NCBI GenBank assembly: GCA_951406725.2
Contig: OX597822.1
Coordinates: 80,600,001 to 80,664,000 of the forward strand
Length of the DNA: 64,000 nucleotides
Direction: 5' to 3'
From: Octopus vulgaris
Taxonomy: Eukaryota
Shown here: piece by piece, positions 41,815 through 54,453 of the stretch
Position numbering within the stretch: the stretch's first letter is position 1
How the letters are laid out: each line of letters opens with the position of its first letter
Translations under genes and position numbers: made by a program
The notes under the pieces: generated by a model
The model's database searches: none
What the model was told of the DNA's origin: nothing
Seen by the model: the letters and a program-made list of their open reading frames with translations, nothing else

Positions 41815-42156
41815 GAGTAGATGTGTGTATGAATACATTTCAATGTCTCTCTGTGTATATGCATTTTGTTTAACTTTTTGTAGACACACACAAACATTCA
41901 AATTTGTAAATATGCATACATATATACATACATACATACATACATAATACATACATATATATATCTATATTTATAAAACTGAGAAAGCGTGAATCCTTAA
42001 AACTCGAGAACTACAACCAATTTCATTCAAATTTTACACATGCCTTACTTAGGCTCCATGGGCTTGTGGTCCATGGCTCTGAGCTCCGTAGTGATGACTG
42101 CTCACCGCCACCAGCCGGTATTCAGAAGTACCAGTAATCCCCTCCCTCAAAATTTC

Positions 42157-42370
42157 AGGTGGCGAACTGGCAGAATCCGAAGCATACTGGACGAATTGCT
42201 TAGCGGTATTTCGTCCGTCCCAACGTCTTGACATTAACTTCCGCCGAGTTCGACCTTGCCTTTCATCTTTCGCGGACGATAAAATTAGTACCAGTTGAAT
42301 ACTGGGGTCGATCTAATCGACACATACCCCCTCCTCCAAGCTGCCCTTGTGGCAAAAAAATCTGAAATAA
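42157..42370 (+). mobile_element. SINE family C
   Basis: aggtggcgaactggcagaatc...gcttagcggtatttcgtc...ccgccgagttcgaccttgcctttcatc...ctggggtcgat. Confidence 0.8.
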
Positions 42371-42962
42371 TTATTAGCTATTTTAAACACTCTGATCCGA
42401 CCGTGCTGGCTATGTCTCTAGATCAGTGAAAATGCAAAGCAATCTGATATTTAAGTCGATAGCTAGAGAGACTGACATTGGCCGACACGTTATGTACGTT
42501 CCGGACGCCATGAAAGGAATAAAATAAAACGAGTAAAATTAACAGAGATGCCCCAAACGCTAGCTGCTTCCATCTATCTACCACGAACATAAATTTAATC
42601 TTGTGTAATAGAAACAATAAAATAAAGAATTATATATATATAGTTCAGTTGTAACTACGACACACGCAAAGATTGCATACGACTACATAGACACAAGCAT
42701 ATACATACATGTAGAATGAATTGCCATTAACAGAAATGTGTACGCGCGCGAAAAACTCAGTCATGGAGATCTCGATGAAAAGATTATAGATGAATAACGA
42801 ATGATTAATTTGACAAATCAATTTAATCAATCAGTCAATATACATGCTTGTATATATCATGCACTCACACAAACACACACACACACACATATATGCATGC
42901 GTCATATAAATAAACATATGCAGCATACAGACATACATAAATATATACCTGTATATAAATAC

Positions 42963-42996
<34 letters not shown>

Positions 42997-43699
42997 GCTC
43001 GTATATATAGGCACATTCATACATACATGCATACATACATACATACATACATACATACATACATACATACATACATACATACATACATACATACATACAT
43101 ACATACGTACGTACGTACAGCTAGAGTCGAGAGAAAAGCAGTGTTGGTATGAATAAAATATGTAAAACCGTTCTTATATCTGTTGTGTCATTGAACAAGA
43201 AGGTTTGAGGAAAAGAACATCTGTTACTCTCGCTGCATAAGGGAATATTTCATCAGATGAAAGCGTTTTTATATATGCATGCATGATTCGCTGTTTGATA
43301 GCGCACATTGAAACCATGTATCTGCGTTAGTCTTTTTGTTGAAAGGGTTATTTTACCGGAATATCCTCAAAGGATATTATACATGCATATTTTTTCTCTC
43401 TACGTAGGATTTCTTGTGATGTTTGAGAGTTTGTTACGAATCACTAAAGAAGAAAAAAATATTTGTTTAATGGGTGTACTGTTGTGTTATAACTAAAGCT
43501 GTTCGCCCTTCCGTGATTAGCAGTAAATATCGATGCATTTAACTTGAGTAGATGCAAAGAGCTTAAGTTTTCTGAAAATAGCAAAAAAGAATTTACTTAA
43601 CACATTTTGCTATGAAATTATCCCTGCTTCAACGTTAGCAACTGTGACGCTGGAAGATCGAAATAATGTGGAAACCATATCTACTTCAAAGCACTTTCT

Positions 43700-43990
43700 T
43701 CATCGTTAAAGTTGGCAGTTTGATTAGGTACTTAGGGAGAATACGTTAGAGCTAAATCCCCCTCTTTACAAGCCATCCAGGACAGACTATACTAGGGAAG
43801 TTTAGCAAAGATATTCCTCTCGAATTAGAGCATATATTCGTGTCTCCCTTTTGAAAAATTAATCTTATCACCCCGTATCGCCATTGCTTTGGTGTCCTTC
43901 CAAGAGGTGCAGTAACCCGGCTTGCATTCAGTAAGAGAATAAGTTTTCTGTTGGAGTCTTGTAACATCACAGGCCCAATTTCTCCCTCTC
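43700..43990 (-). mobile_element. RTE-clade LINE RT fragment
   Basis: PKQWRYGVIRLIFQKGDTNICSNSRGISLLNFPSIV corresponds to the W..gvi.pifKKGD...C.NyRgIsLl motif. Confidence 0.8.
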
Positions 43991-44019
43991 CAGCGACTTT
44001 GCCACATTTATATATATAT

Positions 44020-44240
44020 TTTTGGTCTTTTATCGTTTAATCGTATTAGATTAGACCACGGCCATACTGGAGGATTGCTTTGAAATTATAATCAAATGAA
44101 TTGACTCCAGGACTTATTTTTTAAAGTCTACTACTTATTCTATCGGTCTCTTTTCTCGAACCGCTACTTTACGGGATGTAAACACACCAACACCGATTGT
44201 CAAGCGGTAGTGGGAGGACAAACAGAAAGACAACACACAT
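44020..44240 (-). mobile_element. SINE family A 3' half
   Basis: tattctatcggtctc...gaaccgct...gtaaacacaccaacaccgattgtcaagcg. Confidence 0.8.
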
Positions 44241-44252
44241 AGATATTCATAC

Positions 44253-44320
<68 letters not shown>

Positions 44321-44436
44321 CATTACGTGTAATATATATATGGCAAGAAAAGGAAAATGACCAAACCGAAATATAACAATATGTTTTAATAAACGATTTC
44401 AGAACCTGAACCTTGCAAAGCAAATACATAAACGCA

Positions 44437-44518
<82 letters not shown>

Positions 44519-45010
44519 ACCCGGAACCATGTAGTTAGGGAGCAAACTTTTGGCCGTACACTCACGCTTTTGCCTCATGTTTCCAATGTAAGGCAGCGAC
44601 CTGATAGAGTCAGTAGCGCATCGGAGGAAATGCTTCACCACATTTCTTCTTGTTCTTTACAGTCATAAATCCATTGACTGTTTGTATGTGATTTATTGGC
44701 CTTAATGAATATTTCATAATTTGCTTCATTATCTAATTAACTGGCATCGAGATTGATCATGATTGATGTCTTTTAACCGCATAACTCGCTTTTTTAATGT
44801 CAATATTGTATAACAATCCCATAACCCCCTTCACCTTCACCTTCTATAAATCATATCAAATGAACAAAACATTCGATGCCACGCTTCGTTCTTTTATGTT
44901 TGCTTCATTGATTATTGCAGTATGTAGTCTGATATTCTTAATTTCTATATTCTCAAGAACTTCTATGTTGTTGCTATTAATTAAAAATTGCGAAGCACAA
45001 TATTATATTT

Positions 45011-45170
45011 TAGGTGCTGGCGTGAAAGTGTGGTAAAAATTTTCCCTCCTTATCCATATGGTTCCGGTTTCAGTCCCACAGCTTAGCAATTTGGGCAAGT
45101 GTCTTCTGCTATAGCCTCGGGCCGACCAACTCCTTGTGAGTGGATTTGGTAGATGGAAAACTGAAAGACG
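45011..45170 (+). mobile_element. SINE family A 5' half
   Basis: ggttccggtttcagtccca...ttgggcaagtgtcttctgctatagcctcgggccgacca...gtgagtggatttggtaga. Confidence 0.8.
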
Positions 45171-45428
45171 TGCGGTGACGGAGTAATGAGTCACTGATGA
45201 AGGTTAATTAAATCCCAAATCATCGACGATATGTCTCCATCTCGCTTGCTGTAGGGAGATTGTCTCCCTTGTCAGTCGTTAGAAAAGTGTTTGCCCTTGG
45301 CTAAGAGTTCTTTTGACTGTTGTTTCTAGCAATACTGGTTCTGACCAGAACCCTCAGTCAATTTAATGACGACTATACTTCTTGCTTTTCGGTTGTGAAG
45401 TACGAATAGTCACCTGAATAATTTATGC

Positions 45429-45472
<44 letters not shown>

Positions 45473-45679
45473 TTTCTTGTTTGTACTTGTCTCCCACCAC
45501 CGCCTGACAACCAGTGTTGATGTTTTATTTTCCAGCCACCATATTCAATTCTGATGGAGTTTTAGATACAAGAAGGCCAACTGATATGTTGTTGTTTAGG
45601 GCAAGGGCAACCCTAACAGGACAAAGATCAATGCTGATTTCTTGTGTATAGTGGCCTTTCTCTCCAGGACACATTTGTA

Positions 45680-45717
<38 letters not shown>

Positions 45718-45719
45718 CA

Positions 45720-46400
45720 TTATATTACAGACATGCATTGCATTACAGACATGAATTGTTGAAGTTTCATGTAGATGTTCGGTGAGGAGAGACATTTAGG
45801 CCAGCTTTGTTTGAGGATCTCTTTCTGAATTTGTTTCCAGTTTGCCTTATGGAAGTTCAAGCTGGAAAGTTTCTGAGATTTTCTTGTAGGCTGCATGCTC
45901 ATGGTTTCCTTTGGTCTGTACATGGTCAGCTCTACCATGTTGTGATCCGAGAGTAGCGTCGGCGTCACTTTCACATTTTGGATGAGATCCGTATTATTTG
46001 TGAAGCAGAGAACCAATATGTTACCTTCCCTGGTTGGTTTGAGTACTATTTGTTCCATGTATAAAGTATTGATGAGGTTCAGGAGGGACTCCACCTGCCC
46101 TTCTTCCCATCGGGTCATTCCTGGGAGAGAAAGGCCTTCGGACCATCTGACATTGGGCAGATTAAAGTCTCCCATAAGAAGTACACTTATGTGTTGTTCT
46201 GATATGACTAGAAATTCTATTTTTGTAAGGCAGTTTTCAAACTTGCCTACATAATTTCGAGCATCTGGAGGGCGATATGTAGCACATATAACTACACCGA
46301 GTTGTCTTATACGTACCATTAGTGTGTCACATACTGAATTTGAGTGTGACATAGCGGATGTACATAGCAACTCCAGCATGACTCCGTTCTTTCCTGTCAG
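45720..46400 (-). mobile_element. LINE (CR1/L2-like) apurinic endonuclease fragment, frame still open
   Basis: ATYRPPDA, LLMGDFNLP, PTREGNILVLCFTNN, LSDHNMV and NFHKANW motifs in ORF 45720-46754; its N-terminal part is microsatellite. Confidence 0.9.
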
Positions 46401-46447
46401 TCCGTAATACAACATACTGTTGTATGTGTATGTATATATATATATGA

Positions 46448-46517
<70 letters not shown>

Positions 46518-46679
46518 ATATATATATATATGAGTGTGCGTGTGTGCATGTGTATGTGTGTGTGTATATATATATATAAGTATATATATATATATATGAG
46601 TGTGCGTGTGTGTATGTGTGTGTGTGTGTATATATATATATAAATATATATACGAGCAAAACGCCCTCCTGTCCAGTGG

Positions 46680-46768
46680 ACGGTGCCGAGTTGTCAAACA
46701 TTTAAACCAAATTTTCTCAAAACAACTTGTCCGACCGTCCCATAGGCCTCCCATTTGAGAAACACTGA
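46680..46768. mobile_element. Possible hAT (Charlie-like) terminal fragment
   Basis: Ends ttgagaaacactg, the reverse complement of a cagtgtttctcaa-type TIR; partner end not found. Confidence 0.35.
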
Positions 46769-47329
46769 TTTAACCTAAATTTGAGACACCAGCAAAAGAA
46801 GAAATAAAGGTAGACTTTTTTCTATTCCAAAGAAAAATGATTTTATTTACACAAATATGCAACCGAAGAGTTTAAAGTACCAGTAATGATAAGGCTGTTG
46901 ACTGGAAGAACACAAACATGGTTTAAACAGTAAGCTTGGCAGGAAAGAAATGTACCTTTAAGTGGTACAAAAACAACAAAACATGGAAGGTGCAATTATG
47001 TACAGGTTGACGGAAGAAAAACAGGACAAAAAAGATGCATGCAAATGGGTTAGCTGGAGGGAAATCTAGATGAAAGAAAAATGATGAATTTATGAGAACG
47101 TACCTGGTACAATAATACGTTTATCGGATAAAACATGTAGGAAATCCTCTTGGGGCGATTTTTGATGAAAAGCAACAGCCTAGGAAATTAAGAAACTAAT
47201 TTTAAGTTAACCTACTTTACGGGATGTTCAGGGGCATTGAAAAGCTAGTGGAGCGCAGCCTTGCAAACCACATTCCTGATATACTTGCGAGTAGAAATGC
47301 ACGTTCCCACGGCTTTATCGATCGCATTC

Positions 47330-47480
47330 TCACCTGGAATCGATGTTTGTAATTTTTCAAGACTTATACACGCCCTGATACTGTCACTATCTACATATCA
47401 AATTTGAGCGCAATCGGTTGGAGGATGCCCGTGATCCGAGAACACACACACACACTGAACGGATTTCATATAAGAGACTA
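47330..47480 (-). mobile_element. Possible Helitron-like non-autonomous element head
   Basis: Minus strand tctcttatatgaaa...(gt)n...ccgattgcgctcaaatttg has the layout of the heads at 40455 and 41171. Confidence 0.4.
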
Positions 47481-47486
47481 TAAATA

Positions 47487-47580
<94 letters not shown>

Positions 47581-47590
47581 TATATATATA

Positions 47591-47968
47591 TGAAATGGCA
47601 AAAATAAGTCACGATGTGTTACCGCTACTGTATATAACTCACTTTGATATTTATCATTGTTTGATTTCACTTTTTCAATATCAGCGACAGTGGGCGCTGG
47701 AAAAAGTATAAGTATTTGTGAAGGAAATCTAATTCTCGGCGACAACTATGATTGTCACACGCTGACGAGAGGTCAATACCTCGAAACTCGAGTCCGTGTG
47801 TATCATAAGTTGAAGACGGGAAGGATGACTTCCCTTTGCAAATACTGACAGGACACAGAAAGTGTGTCTATGGCCAGCTGGAGGAGTGTGTCCTCCTGGG
47901 GCTAAAAACTACAGTAGCATCCACCCTTATGGGTTAGCCATATTGAAATGGCAAAAATACGTCACGAT
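47591..47968 (+). mobile_element. Retrozyme-like monomer: 353-nt unit plus 25-nt terminal redundancy, one central hammerhead
   Basis: tgaaatggcaaaaata(a/c)gtcacgat at 47591 and 47944; flanked by (TA)n on both sides; no meaningful ORF. Confidence 0.8.
47756..47800 (+). ncRNA. Intact minimal type I hammerhead ribozyme
   Basis: cacacg CTGACGA gagg-tcaata-cctc GAAA ctcgag TC cgtgtg. Helix I is a perfect 6 bp, helix II is 4 bp, the core is complete and helix III is palindromic; predicted cleavage after GUC at 47794. Confidence 0.93.
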
Positions 47969-48821
47969 ATATATATATAGATATAGATATAGATATAGAT
48001 ATATATGTTTATAACCGAATATATAAGTATATATATTTAAAAATATATTTATATATTAAAATATATATTGGAACCTGCTTTCACATATATACATAGGTCT
48101 ATGTATCGCAGCTAGTACGCATGAATGTATGTATGTACATAAATGCATCTATGTGTAAGTTTTGCCTATAACAATCTTCTTGTTAAAATTGTATATAATA
48201 AAAAAACGTTCACTAATTACATAAAGGAAGAAATCATTATTAAAATAATTATTGCGAAATGTTTGATAATTTTTTGAAAAATTGAAATAAAATACACTAA
48301 AATAATTATTTAAGGAAATCATTCAAATGCGAAATTATTGGGATTTTTTTGAGTTTTTGACAGTAAATTTAATATAAAGAGAAATTTAAAACAAGAAAAA
48401 AATTGTAAAATCTAAAACGACTTTGCAGCTACATTTCGCTGTTCATTCCTATCTCACTTTTACTAATTAATCTGTGCTTTTCCGCACGTTTACATATTTT
48501 CATACATACATACATGCATGCATGCATACATATATACATACATACATACACACATACATACATACATACATACATAAATACATACATACATACATACATA
48601 CATACATACATACATACATACATACATACATACATACATACATACATACATACGTTTCTTTGAGGAGAGGAAGGACCTGATTTCTGACAAAAATAAAATG
48701 GTCCAATTTTTGATTGTAGTCAATAAAGACAATGTTAAGTTTTTGCTTCATATATCTATATATATCTATATATATATATATATATATATATACTAAGATT
48801 AATTATAGCTATTTGTATATA

Positions 48822-50114
48822 CGAGGGGCGTTCAATAAGTAATGCCTCTGACCCACTTGTAGCTGTTTGATCTAGCTGAAAATTTATATGTGCAATTATT
48901 TATTTCTCTATAGATTAGGTGGCAAATTACAGCTGTGAACCACTTGTGGTTTCTGATATACAGGTGTTTGAACTGAGTCAAGTGTGAAATGGAGCCTGTT
49001 GAGTGTCGAGCAGTGATCCGGTTTTCGTATTTGAAAGGGCGCACACCACGGGAGACTTTTGATGAAATGAAAGTAACTTATGGTGATGATGCCCCATCAT
49101 ATGACCTTGTAAAACGCTGGCATCGTGAATTCAAGCATGGTTGGAACTCTGTGGAAACAGCTCCCAGATCTGGTCGCCCCCCTTCTGCCATTGATGAGGC
49201 ATCTGTCCGTCAAGTTGAGGCTGCCATTTTGGAAGATCGACGCATAACTATTCGCCAAATAGCCCATTGGGTCAAGTTTAGTACCGGGTCTGTGGAAACT
49301 ATCATTCATGACCATTTGCATATGCAAAAGGTGTCCGCCAGATGGATTCCCAGGTTGCTCACACCTTTCTAGAAGCAAGAACGCGTCGAGTGCTCGAGGA
49401 TGAATTTGGAGACGTGCCAAGAAGATGAGTCAAAAATTTTCAAAATACTGATTACACAGGATGAAACCTGGATCCATCACTATGATCCAGAGACCAAAGC
49501 CCAGTCAATGCAGTGGAAGCACCGTGACTCACCTCCTCCAAAGAAGGCAAGGGTGCCAGCCCTCCGCTGGCAAGGTCATGCTCACAGTCTTCTGGGACCA
49601 GGACGGAGTAGTGATGACAGATTTCCTGGCAAAGGGTACCACAATTACAGGAGCCTATTATGCTTCACTTTTGAGGAAATTAAGAGAAGCTATCAAAACC
49701 AAGAGGCGGGGCAAGATCAGCAAAGGCATCCTCCTCCTGCAGGACAACGCACTGGTCTACAACTCGCGTGTCGCCAGATCAGAAGCACAGGCGTGCAGCT
49801 ATGAACTCCTCCCCCATCCCCTTACTCTCCTGACCTTGCACCCTCTGATTTTCCCCTCTTCCCAGCCATGAAGTTGTTTTTGAAAGGAAAGCGTTTCCCA
49901 GATGATGCAGCCTTGATTTCTGAAGTCACGTCGTGGTCGGAGGACCAAGCTGGGGTCTTCTACAAAAACGGTCTTCAGAGTTGCATCAAACGATGGGAGA
50001 AATGTGTAACTCTGAGTGGTTCCTATGTAGAAAAAGACTAATAACTGTGCCAAGTTTCGTTGCTCTACTGCTATGGGAATTGGGTCAGGGGCATTACTTA
50101 TTGGACGCCCCTCG
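48822..50114 (+). mobile_element. Full-length mariner (DD34D) transposon, copy 1
   Basis: TA|cgaggggcgttcaataagtaatgcc...ggcattacttattggacgcccctcg|TA; ~33-bp TIRs with TA duplication; 1293 bp. Confidence 0.97.
48989..50041 (+). pseudogene. Mariner transposase pseudogene
   Basis: HTH, WIPRLL, TQDETWIHHY, QDNA and YSPDLAPSDF motifs; stop at 49370-49372 and frameshifts near 49557 and 49820. Confidence 0.95.
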
Positions 50115-50763
50115 TACACACACACTCACACACACAAACACACAAACACATATATAGGAAAAACAATGGTTACATTACGAAATGCCTTATCTAACAGCTG
50201 TTTCTGCTATAAAATGCAAAATAGCTTTATCAGAGCCTCAAATATGAAGTGCCATGTAATTGGAAAAAACTATTACATTTCTGCAATATCCAGGAAAGCA
50301 TTAACAGTGAGGAAGTCATTAGTGAAGTAAATAAAAATGTCATTAGTGAAGTATATAGAACCAAAAAAGTATATACTTTACTACTGCCTTTTTTTTATTC
50401 TTCACAAATGACTTGCTCAATCCTATTGCTTTCCTGGATGTTCCACAAATGAAATCTTTTCTCCCAAATACATTGCGCTTCATTTCCCTATGCTCTACTG
50501 GATGCGTTGTGTTCGTTTGGTAAGTACAAATGTTTATATATCTAGTTCTTCCGATTATGTTCGTATCGATGTGTGGAGAACATGGTAACACATAGTGACC
50601 ACGATGCATTAATAGAATACAACTAAACAATTTTTTATTGAAGAAATCTCTCCTAGTTTTCATTCCCTCGATGTCGGCGCATGTTCATTGAAGGAGTTTG
50701 AGTTTAGAGTCCTATTAAAGCATGTGGCTTTTACGCACAGTAACAGCCCTTGATATTATAATG

Positions 50764-50831
<68 letters not shown>

Positions 50832-50834
50832 GAC

Positions 50835-50995
50835 TGACTGCTTTCAGTTTCCATTCTATCAAATCCATTCACAAGGCTTTGGTCGCCCTGGGCTATGGTA
50901 GAAGATACTTGGCAAAGTATCCACGCAGTAGGATTGAACCCAGAAACATGTGGTTGAGAAGCAAGTTTCTTACCATAGAACCACGCTTGCGCCTA
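50835..50995 (-). mobile_element. SINE family A 5' half (minus strand)
   Basis: ctttcagtttcc...cacaaggctttggtcg...gaacccagaaacatgtggttg. Confidence 0.8.
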
Positions 50996-51023
50996 TATAT
51001 ACACATATATATATATGTGTGTG

Positions 51024-51065
<42 letters not shown>

Positions 51066-51178
51066 CATAAGTATATATATGTGTTTATATATATATATAG
51101 ATAGATAGATAGATACATACATACATACATAAATACATATATATATATATAGAGAGAGAGAGATAGATAGATACATAA

Positions 51179-51225
<47 letters not shown>

Positions 51226-51229
51226 GTGT

Positions 51230-51440
51230 GTGTTTGTTATCCACCACCGCTTGACAGCTGATTTTTGTGTGTTCACGTACCCATAACTTAGCAGTTCGGC
51301 AAGACACCCATAGAATAATTACCAGACAACTATTGAATAAGTACCTCTTACTGGGGTCGATTCATTCGCCTAATAGTTTTTTATACTGTTGCCCCATCAT
51401 GGCCGCAGTTTAACGTCTGCAGCAAATATAAAAAATGTAA
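51230..51440 (+). mobile_element. SINE family A 3' half (plus strand)
   Basis: ccaccgcttgacag...taacttagcagttcggcaa...ctggggtcgatt...catggccgcagt. Confidence 0.75.
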
Positions 51441-52567
51441 GATCAAGACACTAAAGGCACACTATATTTTTAATAATAAGACGTATTTGCCTCCATCTCA
51501 GGATGCCAAGTTTCCAAATATTCAGTCGTTGCAGATTCCGACAATGCAGAGACGAATTAACCAAGCATAACGTTGTGTAGCCAGAGCAACTGGCATGTTA
51601 AACTTTATCAACCTGACAATCTTTTGACAAACTCATACATTTTCCAGTTGTGGTTTGCTTTTCGGTAAAGTTTTATGAAACATATCTGCTACATATTTCT
51701 TTCAGATACACACAAGTTATCAGAGTTGATATTTGATCTTCAAAGATTGTTGGACATGATATTACCGAAGCCTACCAAGTAAAAATTTCTATATCATCTC
51801 AGTAAAGCAATTTTAGTGATATCACACCTTAAAGCTTAAAGGTGTTATTTTCGTCGACATATTAATGGTTTCTCTTGCATGTAGGATGCCTCAAAATTTG
51901 AAAGTTAGAGTTATACGTGGATGCATCTGCACCGCGGCATTGCTAGTATTAATTTTATCAATTCTGACAGGTTGTAGAACAGCGTCAAACCTAGCATCGT
52001 ATGAACTCAAAGTTTAAAGAGACATAATTTAATAAAACAGTACATTTAATCTGCTGTTCTTACCATTTGATTCTCTTATGATGTACTTTCTGCAGGCGTA
52101 TATCCAGCACCTATTCTTTATTTCAAATGATGTGATTATTGTGTTATTTTCGATATCGGATCTTCATATTCTATGCATAATGCTTTTGGCTGGTTTGATA
52201 TTTGCAAATGAAACGAATAAATATTTGAAAGAGTAGCTTTATATTATTATCTTATAGAGAAATGTAATTTATAAATACACTTATTCCAGGAAAGAAATGT
52301 TCGGCAAGTTGGAAGGACGTTGGAATTACCTGTGCGAGAGTCATTAGTTTGCATCATTTGTGTTATGCTAAATATTTCATTGTGTAAAGAAAGTAGTTTA
52401 CTGATTAAAGAAACTGACAACGGCAGGATTGCATTTTTCATCTGTTGAGATAAGCGGAGAAAAATGCAGTTAGAAACACATAAATGACGAATGCTTTTTT
52501 TTTAGCGCAAAATGTCGAGTAGAAAATTTGCAATGGAAAAAGAAATTGTAATATTTGGGAGTCATTA

Positions 52568-52780
52568 GGGCGTCAAGCTGGCAGAGTCTTTAGCATGCAG
52601 GACAAAATGCTTAGCAGCAATTCTTGCGTCTTTACGTTCTGAAGTCAAATTCCGCCGAGGTTGGCCTTGCCTTTCATCCTTTCAAGATCGATAATATAAG
52701 TACCAGTTGTAATTGACTTACACTCTCCCCACCTACCCACTAAAAATTGCTGGCTTTGTGTCAAAAGTTGAAACCAATAT
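52568..52780 (+). mobile_element. SINE family C
   Basis: agctggcagagtc...aaaatgcttagc...caaattccgccgagg...gcctttcatcctttc. Confidence 0.8.
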
Positions 52781-53039
52781 TTAGGAGTCTTCCCAAGATA
52801 AAAAAATTAAATTCATTTTCACTGCTGTATTGGCAAAATATTAATGTCTCTGCTATCAGCTTAATTGTCATAGACGCGAAAAAGAACAATCGCCGTTCAT
52901 AAAACAAATACATATTTGCAACTTAAGATGAAAGAAACATTCAAAAGACAGCGATTAAAGAATTAAATGGGCGAAATATATTTCGCAATGGAGCCAAGGG
53001 AAAGTAAATGAATATAGATACAACTGTATATTACTATCA

Positions 53040-53225
53040 TTGTGGTCGGGTTCCAGCCCGGGCAGCAGCAACAAAGCGTACCCGCCCCACTTCTCGGTCC
53101 ATCATCACCGTGTCGATGTCCTGGATACGTTCTAGGTCAGTGTCTACAATCAAGTTGATGATGTAAGTGTGACGATGTTCTCCTCTTCTTTCATAACCAC
53201 CAAGTGGAATCCACCAGAATAATAT
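53040..53225 (-). mobile_element. RTE-like LINE extreme 3' remnant
   Basis: LFWWIPLGGYERRGEHRHTYIINLIVDTDLERIQDIDTVMMDREVGR resembles the W.P.hG.r.RGrp..TYid.L..DTgL...M.DR..Wr C-terminus. Confidence 0.65.
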
Positions 53226-53244
53226 AACGGATTGTGGATATAAT

Positions 53245-53385
53245 CTTTTCTACCCTAGGCACAAGGCCCGAAATTTTGGGGGAGGGGACTAGTCGATTAG
53301 ATAGACTCCTGTGCGCAACTGGTAGTTTATCGACCCCGAAAGTATGAAAGGCTAAGTTGACCTCGGCGGAATTTGAACTCAGTAC
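53245..53385 (-). mobile_element. SINE family C 3' part
   Basis: ctaggcacaaggcccgaaattttggggg...gaccccgaaag...gacctcggcggaatttgaactcag. Confidence 0.8.
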
Positions 53386-53796
53386 GTATATAATTACAGA
53401 GTACTTAAGGAACTGACACGTCAGGAATCAACATTTCCAACAAGTGATAGATGATGGTATATCCTCGTCATCACCTCTCTCAAAAATATTCCACTTTCGT
53501 CAGATTACCATAATTAGCTTCTCAGGGTCCAGCTCGACGTATCGATCATTTTCAACATTATTCTTTAGTTCTGAAATTCAAGTTATACCAAGCATAATCA
53601 AAACAGCGGTGCTATAAAGACAAACTATTTACTATGAACCACATAAATATTCAAAATGATTAGATTCATCAATCAAGCAAAATCCTTTACAACAAAAACT
53701 TAATCAAATTTTCCTCTTTCCGTTCTTACTTCTGCTCTCCGGGCAATTTTCGTTTTCGACAGACACACACAAACACACCTCAGGAAAATTATTTAG

Positions 53797-53955
53797 AGGC
53801 GCAAGCATGCCTGTGAGCTAAGAAGTCGGCTTCCCAACCGTATGGTTTCCGGTTCAGTACAACTGCGTGCAAACTTACTAAGACGTCTTCTACAAGAGCC
53901 ACGGACCTAGCAAAGCCTTGAGTGTGGATTTGGAAAAGGAAAACTGAAAGGAGCC
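53797..53955 (+). mobile_element. SINE family A 5' half, decayed
   Basis: aggcgcaagcatg...gcttcccaacc...ggttcagt...aaagccttg...ggatttgg...aaactgaaag. Confidence 0.7.
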
Positions 53956-54042
53956 GAGCGTTAAACTAATACATCTGTTTGTTGTTCACATACCCGTCTT
54001 CGTCGTTTGTTCTTATTTTTGTAAATTCTCACAATATATATG

Positions 54043-54097
<55 letters not shown>

Positions 54098-54103
54098 TTT
54101 TTG

Positions 54104-54453
54104 GTGTGAATGGTTTTGTTACACGGTGCCGGGTTTCACAATTCTGTAAATAATAATAATGGTACTTATATGTGCCTAAAGCTTATAGCGATCATCATGC
54201 AATAACCAAGAAAAATAGTCTATATAAGCCCTCGACAGATTGTTCTTAAATATAGTTCATAAATTTTGCAGAAACAGGGAGGCTAATTCGCTGGTGTAAT
54301 GGTAACACACTTAGCTGGGTTAACAAAAGGATGTTGATTCGAGTTCCACGCGGATAGGAAAGCCTACTTTTTTCTTACATGCCTCATTATTAGACTATTC
54401 TCCTTAGTCATTGCACGGTGATCGCTAAAGGCTTTAGGCTTATATAAATACCA
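54104..54453. repeat. Repeat unit with inverted partial duplication enclosing a tRNA-like segment
   Basis: 54158-54222 is inverted at 54388-54453; the spacer holds gctggtgtaatggtaacac...gattcgagttcc (A/B-box-like). Confidence 0.65.

Noticed and set aside
45188-45230. gtcaCTGATGAagg...tcccaaatcatcgac hammerhead-like string
   Set aside because: GAAA absent and no palindromic helix III
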